DNA of 64,000 bases from Neodothiora populina (Eukaryota). Numbering within the stretch: position 1 is the first letter of the stretch; every line of letters starts with the position of its first letter. A model generated the notes under the pieces. It searched no databases. It was not told where the DNA came from and saw only the letters and a list, made by a program, of their open reading frames with translations. This document shows positions 24,235-36,400 of this stretch, piece after piece. Location: assembly GCF_041146345.1 (NCBI RefSeq), contig NW_027191407.1, forward strand, positions 186,001 to 250,000, read 5' to 3'. Made by a program: the position numbers and the translations under genes.

Positions 24235-25638
24235 ATGGCTCCTCCATCAACAATTAGCGCCATCGCTACACTGACCCCTCCATCCAACACTCGCACATGG
24301 CTATCCTCACCGCACCCGAATCTACCCATCGTCGCCACAGCCTGCTCAGATCGCTCGGTGCGCATCTACTCGCTCAAGACGTTCAATCTCCTCAGCACCA
24401 TCACCGGAGGACACAAACGTAGCATCCGCAGCGTCGCTTGGAAGCCGGGCAGCGGACCCAGTGGGCCGGGCAATAATGGTATCGGAGAGAGCGTCTTGGC
24501 TACTGGAAGTTTCGATGCTAGTGCGGGGATCTGGCGACGAGACGAGGGATCAGGAGCAGCAGCAGGAGGAGGAGGAGGAGGAGGAGGAGGAGGAGGACAG
24601 ACCGATGACAACGACGGGCCACAAGAGGTTGATTACACACGGCAAAGACAGGCAGGCGATGACGACGACGACGACGACGACGACGACGAGTGGAACTTCG
24701 CAGTCATACTCGACGGTCACGAGTCGGAGATCAAGTCGCTGGCGTTCAGCTCCGTCAGTCCGTTACTGGCGACGTGCAGTCGCGACAAGAGCGTTTGGAT
24801 CTGGGAAGAGCTCGAGGACGATAATTTCGAGACTGTCGCTGTCTTGCAGGAGCATGAGGGCGACGTCAAGTGCGTTGCTTGGCATCCATCGGAAGAGCTC
24901 CTTGTCAGTTCTAGTTATGATGACAATATCCGGTTGTGGAGGGAGGATATCGATGACTGGGGATGCTGCGCTTGCCTCGAGGGACATACTGGTACCGTGT
25001 GGTGGGTTGAGTTTGAGGGCGCGGACAGGCCGGGCTCGACCAAGCTAGCCAGCATCGATACAACGGGTAGTATCCTGGGAGAGGAAAAGTCTGCCTACTT
25101 AGAGACCAGGCAAAAAGCAGGTCCTCGTCTAGTCAGTGCGTCAGACGACCTGTCCATCAGAATATGGCGGCGTATCCCAAGCGACAGACCAGCGCCGCCG
25201 ACCGGCGCAGGTAGAATCCCGAGCATCATCAAGAGCAACAGCATTGAAGAGCAATGGGTCGAGGAGGCACGGTTACCGCAAGTTCACGAGAGAGCCATCT
25301 ACGCAGTGTCTTGGAGCAAAGTCACCGGACGTATCGTCAGCTCAGGCAGCGATGGGAAGATTGTCGTCTACGAGGAGCGATGGAGAGCCACGACACCTGC
25401 GCAGAATGCAATTGACGATACTGCAATGGAGGTCGGAACTCAGCAAGAACCCACCCCCGCTGAGAGCACGTTGTCCGAATGGGTCGTGGTCGCAGAGATA
25501 GAAGACGCCCACGACATCTTCGAGGTCAACCATGTCTGCTGGGCGAAGCGCGTCGATGCAGGCAAGCAGACCGAAGACGAGGAAATGATTGTCAGCACAG
25601 GCGACGACGGCGAAGTCAGATTATGGGCGCTGTCATGA
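24235..25638 (+). CDS. CIA1: cytosolic Fe-S assembly WD40 protein
   Basis: GHKRSIRSVAW, LATGSFD, GHESEIKS, LATCSRDKSVWIWE, EHEGDVKCVAWHP, EVNHVCW, STGDDG. Confidence 0.94.
   Translation: MAPPSTISAIATLTPPSNTRTWLSSPHPNLPIVATACSDRSVRIYSLKTFNLLSTITGGHKRSIRSVAWKPGSGPSGPGNNGIGESVLATGSFDASAGIWRRDEGSGAAAGGGGGGGGGGGQTDDNDGPQEVDYTRQRQAGDDDDDDDDDDEWNFAVILDGHESEIKSLAFSSVSPLLATCSRDKSVWIWEELEDDNFETVAVLQEHEGDVKCVAWHPSEELLVSSSYDDNIRLWREDIDDWGCCACLEGHTGTVWWVEFEGADRPGSTKLASIDTTGSILGEEKSAYLETRQKAGPRLVSASDDLSIRIWRRIPSDRPAPPTGAGRIPSIIKSNSIEEQWVEEARLPQVHERAIYAVSWSKVTGRIVSSGSDGKIVVYEERWRATTPAQNAIDDTAMEVGTQQEPTPAESTLSEWVVVAEIEDAHDIFEVNHVCWAKRVDAGKQTEDEEMIVSTGDDGEVRLWALS
24565..24687. repeat. (GGA)11 and (GAC)9 coding microsatellites (poly-Gly, poly-Asp) in CIA1
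   Basis: Directly visible at 24565-24597 and 24661-24687. Confidence 0.92.
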
Positions 25639-25893
25639 GTCTTTCTGAGGGACTTACTTTCTCACGATTACATGCATATAGAACTCGGTACCTGTAGCAT
25701 GCCACAGTGACGGCATTCAAGAAACGGAAATGAGCATTTGTGTTGAGTGGGAATGACTTTGTTGTCTATCGTGGAATAAATGCAATATCGTGTGGCTACA
25801 AAGGCCTGAAAACGCACTGGGGTATCATTTTGTTGTGCGTCTTCAATCAATTGGTCTCGTCTCGTCGAAACAACGAACGGCGTATCTGTCTGC

Positions 25894-26745
25894 TTACCAG
25901 GCAGTTCTCCTCTTTCTACCAGTGTATTTCGAGTTGGCCTTGACGATCTTGCCCTGCCTCTCCATCTGCTCTTTCTTCTTGACGATCCAGCCCTTGCTGC
26001 CCTTCTTGTCGGACCTGTCTCGCCGCTGCGACATTTTCCGTCTTGCATCATCGACCTCGACGCCATCCATGCCCTTGACCACCCCAGTGATGTCCTGGCC
26101 ACCTCCTTCTCTACCAAGATCACCTCCACCAACCGTCAGAACAAGATACAGCTTCTCGCTCTTAGTGTTCTCATCATCAACAAGAATACCCGCGCCGAAC
26201 CCCGCCTTAACCGCCGCCGCAGAGATCATGTCGCGCTGCAGTTTGTTCTTGGGGTAAAACTGACAACAGGCTCTGCCACCCCTCCTCAAACTGGCATACA
26301 AGCCATCGAAAAACCGCTTCAGCCGGCCCTCAGGCGTGACATCCGACGTCTCGGCATTACACAACCACTGGATCGCAGAGATACTAATGGCGGCATCGAA
26401 CGTGCCAGGCCGAAACGGCACGCCCTGCCCGATGTCCGCGAGCAGCAAATCGCCCTCGACGTCGCGGTCCAGCGCCTGCGCCAGCATCGACGCCGAAATG
26501 TCCATTCCGATCCACGTGTGTGGCCCGCCGTCGTCGGCCTCGACGTTGCTCAGTATCTCGCCTGAGAGACCGGACCCGCACCCGATGTCGAGGATTAGAG
26601 CTGGCGAGCGCAGGTCGAGCAGTTCGAGCGCCCGCTGCGTCATGCTCGCTTGGATGTTCTTGATGCGTGAGTTCGTCGTGTATTTGCGTGACTCCGTGTC
26701 GTCGTAGAACATGTCTGGCGGCAGGATGTCTTCGGGGCGCGACAT
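25894..26745 (-). CDS. BUD23: 18S rRNA guanine-N7 methyltransferase
   Basis: MSRPEDILPP, ILDIGCGSGLSG, FDAAISISAIQWLCNA, C-terminal SKYTGRKRR. Confidence 0.96.
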   Translation of the reverse strand: MSRPEDILPPDMFYDDTESRKYTTNSRIKNIQASMTQRALELLDLRSPALILDIGCGSGLSGEILSNVEADDGGPHTWIGMDISASMLAQALDRDVEGDLLLADIGQGVPFRPGTFDAAISISAIQWLCNAETSDVTPEGRLKRFFDGLYASLRRGGRACCQFYPKNKLQRDMISAAAVKAGFGAGILVDDENTKSEKLYLVLTVGGGDLGREGGGQDITGVVKGMDGVEVDDARRKMSQRRDRSDKKGSKGWIVKKKEQMERQGKIVKANSKYTGRKRRTAW

Positions 26746-27612
26746 GGTTGCGGTGGTGGTTCTTGTTGTAGACTGAAAGGGGGGTTTTGGTTTCTTTCTC
26801 GGAGGGATTCACTCGAAGGCCAGGACTCTTATGTCAAAGGCACTCTTAAACAGCAATGTGGCGTGGTAGTGTTATGTTGCGTCGTGGGGGAGTTTTCTTT
26901 GTGCTCGGTAGTCCTTTGATGGTCAATAATAAGACAATAAATCCACAAAAGTTATTTCTTTAAACATTTATTTCCCCACATTTTGTGCTCCTCCCCACAG
27001 ACACGTCGGTCGCAGTTCACAAGGTCTTGGCGGATACAGTCCGAGGCGAAATCCAAATCATCACTTTTCACTCATCTAGTTCTGCATCAACATCTCACAA
27101 CCCATTCCTTGGATATATAATTACTGTGTTGTCTGCAAAAGACATCGTGCATCTACTCTATATCGCCGGCGAGGATCCATCCATCCCGAGCCACGCATGT
27201 CAGAGATGTCGTAAGTGCTGTTCTCGTCGACAACGACAAGTACCGAGAAGACGTCCTACTCTCGAAACGCCATGGTCGACTCGGAAAGCTCCTCGAGTGA
27301 ATATTGTTGGTCTGCTCGAGCATGAACATGGTGATGGTTATATTTCACGTTTGTTCAGACACTCAGATTGGCGCTTTTGAGGATTGACACCTCTTCTTCT
27401 TCTTCCTCTATTTCTACAAATATGGTCCGAGGCCATAGTCAGAGCTACGTCGACACATAAACAAAGCACTTTGAAAACAGGTTTGCAATGGATAAAATAT
27501 ATCAATTCGTATGTACATAGTACGGTTATACATGAGACGTATCAATACAGACGGATCAAAGAATACTTTTCCCATGACTGAACGCCATCAGTGAGGCCTT
27601 GCTGTTCTTTCT

Positions 27613-30600
27613 TTATACCAGCATCACCATCCACGTCGCGATCAATGCAAAAGCAAAAGACATGGACGAACAGCCACTGATGGCCGTAGCAGCATTTGCC
27701 GATATCGTAGGTGAAGCGCGCGCAGAAGGCACAGTAGAGTTAATGGGCGCGGTCGCTATCGCATTTGGCGAACCAGTTGTCGTGCTCGGAGTCACTGTGA
27801 CGACGCCGACGTTGCTGCTACTGCTGGTTGTAGTGGTTGCGTTCGTGGTTCCATTGTTGGAGGTCGCACTGCTACCGCCACCGAGCAGGCCATCACCATT
27901 TGCGCCGATTATGCTGAACTCGGCTACTGTGGCGCCGACTCCGTCGTCGATTGTGCATCCTTCGATTGTCAGGGTCGCGAAACGTCCGGACCAGATGGGG
28001 CTCGGAAAAGCAAATGTTGACATGTTGCCCACGTATGCCTGGATGATGTCGTTGGTAGCGGCGTCGTAGGGCGAAGAGACAAGGATGTCGGTATAGTCGA
28101 AAGTAACAATATCCTGGCTCTCCGAAGCAGACGGCGAGCTTGCGTTGAAGAAGTCCACTCGGATGGCAGTTGCGGGCCTGCGACCCCAATCAATCGTCAC
28201 CCCTGTGACTGTCTGAAACGGGATCGAGGTCATGTCGATTGTGAACGACGATGTTCCGTTGGTCTTCGGCTGCCAGCGGGTACTTGCCGCTCCATCGATG
28301 GCTGCAAGGGGAAACTGACCGGGTTGATATTCGGCCGTAGACTGCTCGATCACTGGTAGGCATTGTGCTATGTTGCCAGCCATTGTGGCGTTATTAAAAT
28401 ATTGACGATTCTCAATGACCATGGTTTCACCAAGTGCGATACTCATGTTCTGACCGGACGCGATGGCAAAGCCGACCGTGAATGGTAGACTGCGATTGGC
28501 ATAGGGGAAGCTGCTGTTGGGTGCGAGATACCTGGTCACGTCTACGCGTGTGATAGTCGTATGAGTGTAGTTCATCGTTGCCTTCAGACCAGCACCCCCG
28601 TAGATGATGGTTCGTATACTTGCGTAGGGGATCTGTGGAGGTAAGGCGGGCTGTATAATCAATCGATCTTCGACAAATCGAGCACCCAGCCACCCCATGG
28701 GTCCGACTTGGTGCCATCCGCCAGCACCAGTCATGAACGGGAATGCAGGGTTTGTACCGCCATTCGCGGCGAATTCGTCCACCTGCTGCTCGGAGAACTG
28801 ATACCATGGTGCTCTGGTATATGGTTTGAATCCGTTCAGAGCATATGTGAATGCGGAGCAGCCAGATGGAGATAACGCGTTGGCGGAAATCGAATAGAGA
28901 CTGTAAGTCATCGCTGGACCGTCTGCGGATTGCTTAACAGCATACTAGCAAGCATGTCAGTAGTACCCTTGAGACAAGATTGGAGCAGACCTCACATAGT
29001 CAAGAGAAGCCAATTTGTCAGCTTGCGTGTAGTTCTCGGATGTATAATCTAGAGGATAGTTTATCAGGTCTACATCGTCTTGCTTGATGACAGCCGTGTT
29101 GTTGGCTCCTAGATACTCGGTAAGGATTCCAGAAGGTGCGAAAGGAAGGGCTACGTTCGCCGCAATCTCGCTCAGGTTGCTGTTCACGGCAATTGAGAAT
29201 TGTTCAGCATACGCGTTCGTAATCTCGATGATTTTGGCGATTGACGACAAAGTGAAGGCTCCATCAGGCACTTGGTTTGCATATTCTGTGCCAACAAGTC
29301 AGCCATGATCACACGAAACAATGTTATCGCTTTCTATTACCATCTGGGTCTGTGAGATTTGCTACGGAATATCCGCCAACCGTAGCATTGTACTCAATAA
29401 GTTCCGAAAACATCTGTACGATGGCGTCATTTACCGGTATCGCCTGCTCCTGGAACCAGGAATCATCTCCAGTGATGCGCCAATAAATCAGGTTGTTCAA
29501 GAAGATGTCACTGTTCAGGTGATACTGGTAGTCCGTACATGGTCCAGTACCTGTGCAATTGCCAAAACGACCACTTGTCCAAGGATAGACGATAGCACCG
29601 TTAGAAAACCCGTTCTCCTCAGCATTGACTGCGGCTTGGTCTGAAAGCATTATGCGATACTTCGGTATCTGAGCAGCATATTTGGGATGAGCGACGGCGA
29701 CTCCAGGCGCCATGAAGATGTCTGCATCCCAGAAGACGAGGCCAGCATACGAGTCCGATCCCAAACCTCCAACACTGATGGACCAATGATTGATGTCACT
29801 TCCATCTTCCGGCAAGAGATTCTGCAAGAGATAATGTGCATTAGCCTTGGAGATGATCTGCATATCAATAATGTTTTGATCCGCGGGAAGAGATCCGTTA
29901 AGTAAGGTGTAATCATCCACAAGGTCTTCGTCTAGAAGCCCCGCCCACGCGCTGGAACTACTCTGGAAAAGAGCATCGTATCCGGTCTTCATGGCGCTCA
30001 TTGACGCATTACGAGCAATGGCTTCCGGATCACTATATCCGTCGGATGAGGCTATTCCAACATACTTGGAGACCGTGATTGTGGTGCCAGCGGCTACGTC
30101 TATAGTCCAAGATTGGCCAATTGTACTGTCATTACTTGGAAGATAAAACGCCTCCGATGCGTTCGTGCGGGATGATGCAGTGAAAGCAGAACTGGATACA
30201 GAGGAGTATATCCAGGCGGTAATATGTCCTAACCAATGAGGAGACACAGCAGAAAAGATTGTCGTCGAATTGTCTAGCAGACCTGTCGTGACTGGATCAG
30301 ATCGTACAGCGCCTCGACCATCGATAAGGTCAGTCACCGTGATATTCATCGATGTTGAGGGCTCAAACGTTAGTCGAACAGCGGCAATGTTAGGATCAGC
30401 ACGGTCCATGAATATTTCGTAGGAAACATCGATACTGGAATTGGGAGTCGGATGCCATGTATAGTTCCAGTTTTGAAGGCCATTCTTCAGTGACCTGCTT
30501 GAATAGAAGTTTGAAATGGTACGATTATCTACAGCGGCATTCAAGGTTGCTCCACCAGCTTCGAGGATGAGGTTGGGCCAGTTCGGGATACCAGCAATGA

Positions 30601-31045
30601 CACTCTCCCCACCGTTGTCTAACAATTCGGGGAAGTTGGTTCTTGTCGTGTTCCTCTGAGAGTTAAAGAAACCCGCAACCGTACAGAAAGTCTGTCGTGG
30701 TGAGTCAAGAGGCCAGCCATTGATAGGAAGTGATCCGCCAATTGGATCTGTGAAGTTGATATCCTGCTCGAAGAATGGGCCAACCGCCCCTAATGCACAT
30801 CCGATGTACCTGCGAAATGTTAGATCAAGTACAGATCTTCTCCTGTAATGCTCTTACCCATTGCCCATAGGAGCTCGAGACTGAAAGTAGCCCGGCAGAA
30901 GATCTCTAGTACTGAGAACCCAGTTATCATTGTCCCAATTAGAATAGGTAGAAGGAATCGAAAAGTCCGCACTCTGGCCCTCGCACGGAGAGAACAAGGC
31001 AGCGAGGCCAACCAAGAATAGCACTTTCTCTAGTAATTTATACAT
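27613..31045 (-). CDS. ATH1: secreted GH65 acid trehalase with F5/8-type-C-like module and S/T-rich hydrophobic tail, multi-exon
   Basis: Signal peptide MYKLLEKVLFLVGLAALFS. FQSRAPMGNG/YIG, DSYAGLVFWDAD, GPCTDYQYHLN, TDPD/EYAN, IKQDDVDL, GTNPAFPFMTGAGG, AAIDGAASTRWQP. Three introns. Confidence 0.9.
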
Positions 31046-32152
31046 ATCGTAAGGCAGATGTGACATTGGAAATGTCCGAGCAACGCCAAATCAATATTAT
31101 CCACCTCGCAACTGCACGACGCGCGATTAGCGATATAACAAGATACGAAGGAAAGTGAGTCGATCATGGCTTTTATATCCGTTCTCGCACAAGGAAGCGT
31201 AGTGGGCTTGCCGAGCCTATATCATCATTCCGATGCTCGCATCTGCGCCCTATTGCTACTGTGGCTCGTCACTTGTCACCCGACTGCGGGGTTACAGTGG
31301 ACAGAGGCTTGGGAGTTCCATAAAGAATCCTTGCATCGCCCATTGCATCACAGAGGCTTGCGGGGTCAGGGCGATCTAGTGTGTGGGGCCCCTCAATTGT
31401 GGCTTGAACGGGTGGTGATATGTGCGTAGGTGAGCGCCAGGATCTGGAGAAGTACCTGCTACAGTGATAGCACAATTCAATCACAGCGGTATTGACAGTA
31501 GCGATCAGACAGTCAGCGCTATGGCACACAAGATGGGAGGTGAAAGAGCTCATAAAGTCTGCTAATGGCTTGACATATGGGATATACACTGGCAGCGCTT
31601 GTGAAATGGCTTAAGAGGCAGAGGAGGACTGAGTGTCACTAAGTAAGCACAACCAAGATGGTTATTGTACACCACCTTGATCTGAGACTACACGAAACAT
31701 AGCCAAGGATGAGGTAGTACCTAGATACCTGGCTTCGCCTATGGCAGGAATGCAAGCCATTTACGCCAATTCTCAATAGGAAATGTACTTGCTCACGTCG
31801 GATTACCATGTATGTTTCAAATAGTAGCTATATGGATACCTTTCCAAGTGCGGTCATTCATGCAACACTCTCTGTGAGCTAAGCAACGTGCTAGCGAGAA
31901 GGTGTTTATGTTACCTTCTAGCAACAGGTCTCGCAGTCCGTATGGGTTTTGAAGATGCCAAATGCAATTCCATCCAGCTGCTCAAGATGGTAGTGCAAAC
32001 CATTAGCCTGAGTCCTTGAACTTGGCCTATCTGTTCCACGACATACATGTAGACGCGGGCTGCTGCAATGGCATCAACCATGGGTGTTGATATCGGAGCA
32101 GCGACCTCGAGTAGTCGACCACTTGTACACTCGACTCGTGGCATGAACGACA

Positions 32153-33058
32153 CTACTCGTCAGGCTGAGAATAGCCAAAAGAGCCTCCACGACCGATAGC
32201 GATCAGACCAGCCTTCATCTTTTCAGCCAAACGACCAAGTTCCACATCACCATCATCGTGTTTGAGCGTAGAAAAGTCACACCGATCAATCCAATCACCA
32301 ACGCCATGCTGTAGAACATTTCTGGCTCTGGCAGGATCGGCTCCTCCAATACCCATACTTCCATGCAAGGTGATGCGTTGAACCTTGCTATCATATACGC
32401 CACGGTGCAAGATGTTATTGTTGTAAAAAACGATATCACCAGCCTTCATTTCAACGATCTCCTGGCCAGGAAGATTGTCTTCGAACGGGTCAGCGGTGCG
32501 CTCAACCTCTGTCCGGGCGCGAAGATGAGACCCAGGCACAGCGATTAGCGAGCGATCATCGTAAAGGGCCAGGTTCCACTGTGCATGCAAGGCGGGTTCT
32601 TTCAGACGTTTTTCTTCCTCCTCTGGAGCGAGATCTGGCGGAATGTCATCTCGATGCCAGCGTAGTGCGAAGTCGCTGTCCGGTCGGATAAGCATATTAT
32701 AAAGCTCCATGACAAGGTCTTCAGAACTACATTGCAACAGGTCCGTCACAACACGAATGATCTGAAAGTCGAAATATGAAGCGGCAAATAGCTCGTGATC
32801 GGGTAGATCGGGATGCAGTAGATGCTGAACACCCCAGATACCTTTACCAGTGTCCGAGTTCCACGGTGGGAACTGTCTTGGAAGGGTTCGTACGAATGGC
32901 CATTTACCATTGCGCGCGAGATTGGCACTGCGTTCACCAGCCGCGCGCAGACTTGCAAGTGCTTCTGGGGTCAGGAGCGAGGGTATGCGAACGAAACCAT
33001 CTCGAGTCAAGAGTGCTCGTAACTTAGCTGGGGATAGATCGTCTGAGATAGTGGACAT
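32153..33058 (-). CDS. phytanoyl-CoA dioxygenase (PhyH) family Fe/2-oxoglutarate dioxygenase
   Basis: RDGFVRIP, GIWGVQHLLHP, WHRD iron ligands, QWNLAL, VPGSH, NILHRG. Confidence 0.87.
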   Translation of the reverse strand: MSTISDDLSPAKLRALLTRDGFVRIPSLLTPEALASLRAAGERSANLARNGKWPFVRTLPRQFPPWNSDTGKGIWGVQHLLHPDLPDHELFAASYFDFQIIRVVTDLLQCSSEDLVMELYNMLIRPDSDFALRWHRDDIPPDLAPEEEEKRLKEPALHAQWNLALYDDRSLIAVPGSHLRARTEVERTADPFEDNLPGQEIVEMKAGDIVFYNNNILHRGVYDSKVQRITLHGSMGIGGADPARARNVLQHGVGDWIDRCDFSTLKHDDGDVELGRLAEKMKAGLIAIGRGGSFGYSQPDE

Positions 33059-33346
33059 GATCCTCAACTTTCGGAAGTGTAATGGCAAGTAATATATGTC
33101 CTTGTATCCGGGTGTGACCATAAAAGTAGACAATCTCGTTTCTGGGCAGCGCGTTGAGTAGGAATCAGGCGCAGAAGTACGCTACAAGTGTTGTGATTAG
33201 TGGAGTCTGCAGTAATATGTTCAGCTCGGCCAGCGGGCAGCGGCCGGCATGAAAGTGCTACAGTACCACCTACCTTAGTTGGAAGCTTCCCCAGATCAAT
33301 CGCTTAAACGTAGCCTGCCGAAAGTGGTACTTGTAATTACATGACC

Positions 33347-33370
33347 ACGCGTCGCTCGCGTCAACCGCGT
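33347..33370. promoter_or_regulatory. three MCB-like (CGCGT) elements upstream of TERT
   Basis: ACGCGT, TCGCGT and CCGCGT at 9-bp spacing, about 100 bp before the ATG. Confidence 0.5.
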
Positions 33371-33461
33371 CCATTGCATCTCAGATAGTACATCATTCCA
33401 CCTTGCCAACCTTCGCGAATGCAACGCATCTAGCCATGGTTGCCATATTACCCTTGCTACT

Positions 33462-36400
33462 ATGAAGCGCAAAAGCAGTAAGCAGGTCAAAGACACCAAC
33501 TACAACAAGCGGATCAAGGTACAGGATAATAACAGGTTATCGTCATCATCGAAGTGGCCCGTACTGCACTTATATTATATTCGCGTATCAACGCTGCGGG
33601 AGTATCTACTCTCTGAACTGGAGAGGATTGGAGCGTCCAAAGCTAGACGGCGCATCATTACATATTATGGAGCAGCGATCGAACACGAAGAAGATGTTGC
33701 TAAACTTCTAGATGAAGTTGTAGTTGGGTCGTCTGTGTCGAAGAAGGACATCGATAATCCGGAGCAAGGACAAATCGAGCTCAGTATATTCTCTCAGCAA
33801 CTGAGCGATTCTACGGGATCTGTTACAGGGCGTCTAAAGACAGCCTCCACGGTCCTGTCACAGTCAGAGGTAAGAAATGTAGTGTTTACCAAATCACATG
33901 CGACTATATGCGTGTGCTTGCATTTTCGTGAGAGAGAAAAGCACAACATCGGTGACCAGTTTTTTTCGGATGCTGAAGCAGCGTAGATTATCGATTTTAC
34001 AATATGGTCTCTCTTCAGACGACACTCTACAGCCTATAAGCCTCCACATATGTTATGTCATGGCTTTGTGTGTTCCAAGAAGATCAATCCGAACCACGTA
34101 GGAAGTGTAAACCCAACGTCCATACCAGGTATCCTGTCTCAGAGCCCTAACCAGTATGCTCAAAGATTGAAAACTGCGCCGTGGACGGCGTTGCCACCTC
34201 TACTAGGTAAAGGAAAGGAACGTCTACTTATCAATTTGTTCCTTGACTGCGGCCTATTTATTCCACTGACTAGCGGAGACGGAGATGCGAACTTCCTACA
34301 AATCAGCGGTGTGTCCAGTCTAACGTAACAACGAGGTACCGTACTGAGCCATTTCTAGGAACGCCTATGTCTGATTTGTGCCTCACGAGCTCCAACTCAA
34401 AGAATGCATGTAATGGTGCAACCCTCAATCGAGGCGATCCTGAAGTTCCAGGGACTGTCCATGAAAACGTGAAACGTGGGCTCAACGACATACGATTTGT
34501 CCGTCATCGGATGCTATACGGTAGACCAATCGCAAGCAATCGTGTGTCGGTGGAATTTGGGCTGAGGTACGTCCATGTCCTCAATCGCTGCCGCGATACC
34601 ACGAGTCGACATGAGACGGTCCACATTATGAAGTACATGTTCCCCAGGCAGTTCTCACTTCATAACGTCTTTACCTCGGATGTGGATAAAGCCAACACTT
34701 CCCAGCCCTTCAGAGACTACACCCTGAGAGAAGTAGACATCAAGCGAGCATCATTGCAAGACGGCAAAAGTGCTTCGCAAGTACCGAAGCGATTGCGCGG
34801 TTCGTGCGAGGATCTTGTCTCTAGGCTTAGACGGCGACACACACGATGCTCGTACACCTCTTTGATGAACCACTATTGTCCCGTCGAATCCCGCGCTTTA
34901 GAAGCAAAAGCGCAAGCTTTGGAGAGCAGCATGATAAGCCTCGCATCTCCGTCGGCTCAAGTAGCCGCTTTCTGTCGAAGTGTAGTGGCTAGAGTGTTCC
35001 CCAAATCATTTTGGGGGAGCGATGGCCATAATCAAGCTAAGATCATGCGCTGTATAGACCGCTTTATGGCCCTTCGCAGGTATGAGAGTATGACTCTACA
35101 TGACGTTTTGCAAGATATCAAGATTGTGGAGATATTATGGTTGGCACCCCCTAGCCAGCCGGCAGGTCACAAATTAGCATTATCTGACCTGGCTAAGAGA
35201 AAAGAGATGTTCTCGGAATTGGTTTACTATCTTTTCGATTCCTTCCTAATCCCACTAATCAGCAGCAATTTCCATGTTACAGAGTCTTCAAGCAACAGAA
35301 ACCAACTGTTCTATTTCAGGCATGACATCTGGAAGAAATTAGCAGAACCGACCCTAACAAGGATGAAGTCAACCATGTTCGAGGAGGCGGACCAAGTTGC
35401 ATTACAAAGACTCCTTGCGAGAAGAGGTTTAGGGACAAGTCAGATACGCTTACTACCGAAAGATATTGGATTAAGACCTATCATCAATTTACGAAGGAGA
35501 GTGCTCACTAGTGTAAATGGACGTACGGTGCTCAGCCGAAGCATCAACCAGATTCTAACCCCAGCATTTAACGTGCTGAATTATGAAAAGGTGAGATATC
35601 TGTGAAAGATGGTATAGATAGGAGTACAAGCTAACACTCCGAAGTCGATGTTTCCTCAACGGCTAGGCGCATCGTTGTTTTCGGTCGATGAGATATTCCC
35701 TCGTTTGCGGCAATTCCAGGATCGTCTTCAAGGCAGTGCGCATGCCGGCAAACCACTGTACTTTGCAAAACTTGATGTCCAAGCTTGTTTCGACACTATT
35801 CCACATCGGCGTCTTATAAGCCTGTTGAGTGAGCTTCTTACTTCTGAAGAATATATCCTCACGCGCTACGCGGAAGCCAAACTCCTGAATGGCGGAAAGG
35901 CCCAATCTGGTATCACGCCGAAGCCAATATGGAAGTACTCCGGCAGAGCCAGGGCGGCAGGTACAGAGCAGTCTTTCATGAATTTTGTGGAAGCAGAGGC
36001 TTCAGGAAATCGAGGAAGAGTGTTTGTCGATAGCGTTGTTGAGTCACGCGAGAATCAAGAGAAGCTTCTATTGCTCCTGCGCGAACATATCGAGAGGAAC
36101 GTCGTACAGATTGGCAAGAAGTTATACCGCCAGAAGGTCGGCATACCGCAAGGGTCAATTGTCTCAAGTCTGCTGTGCAACTTTCTGTACGCCGAGCTAG
36201 AAAGGGAAGTGTTGGGTTTTCTGAAAAATGGGCAGCATCTGCTGCTAAGACTTATTGATGACTTTCTACTGATCAGTACCGATCAACAAGTCGCCGCACG
36301 GTTTGTCAAAATCATGCATGCCGGCATTCCCAGGTACGGCTTGTCTATCAAGAGGGAGAAGACTCGTGTCAATTTTGATGTTGAGGTGGACGGTATTGCC

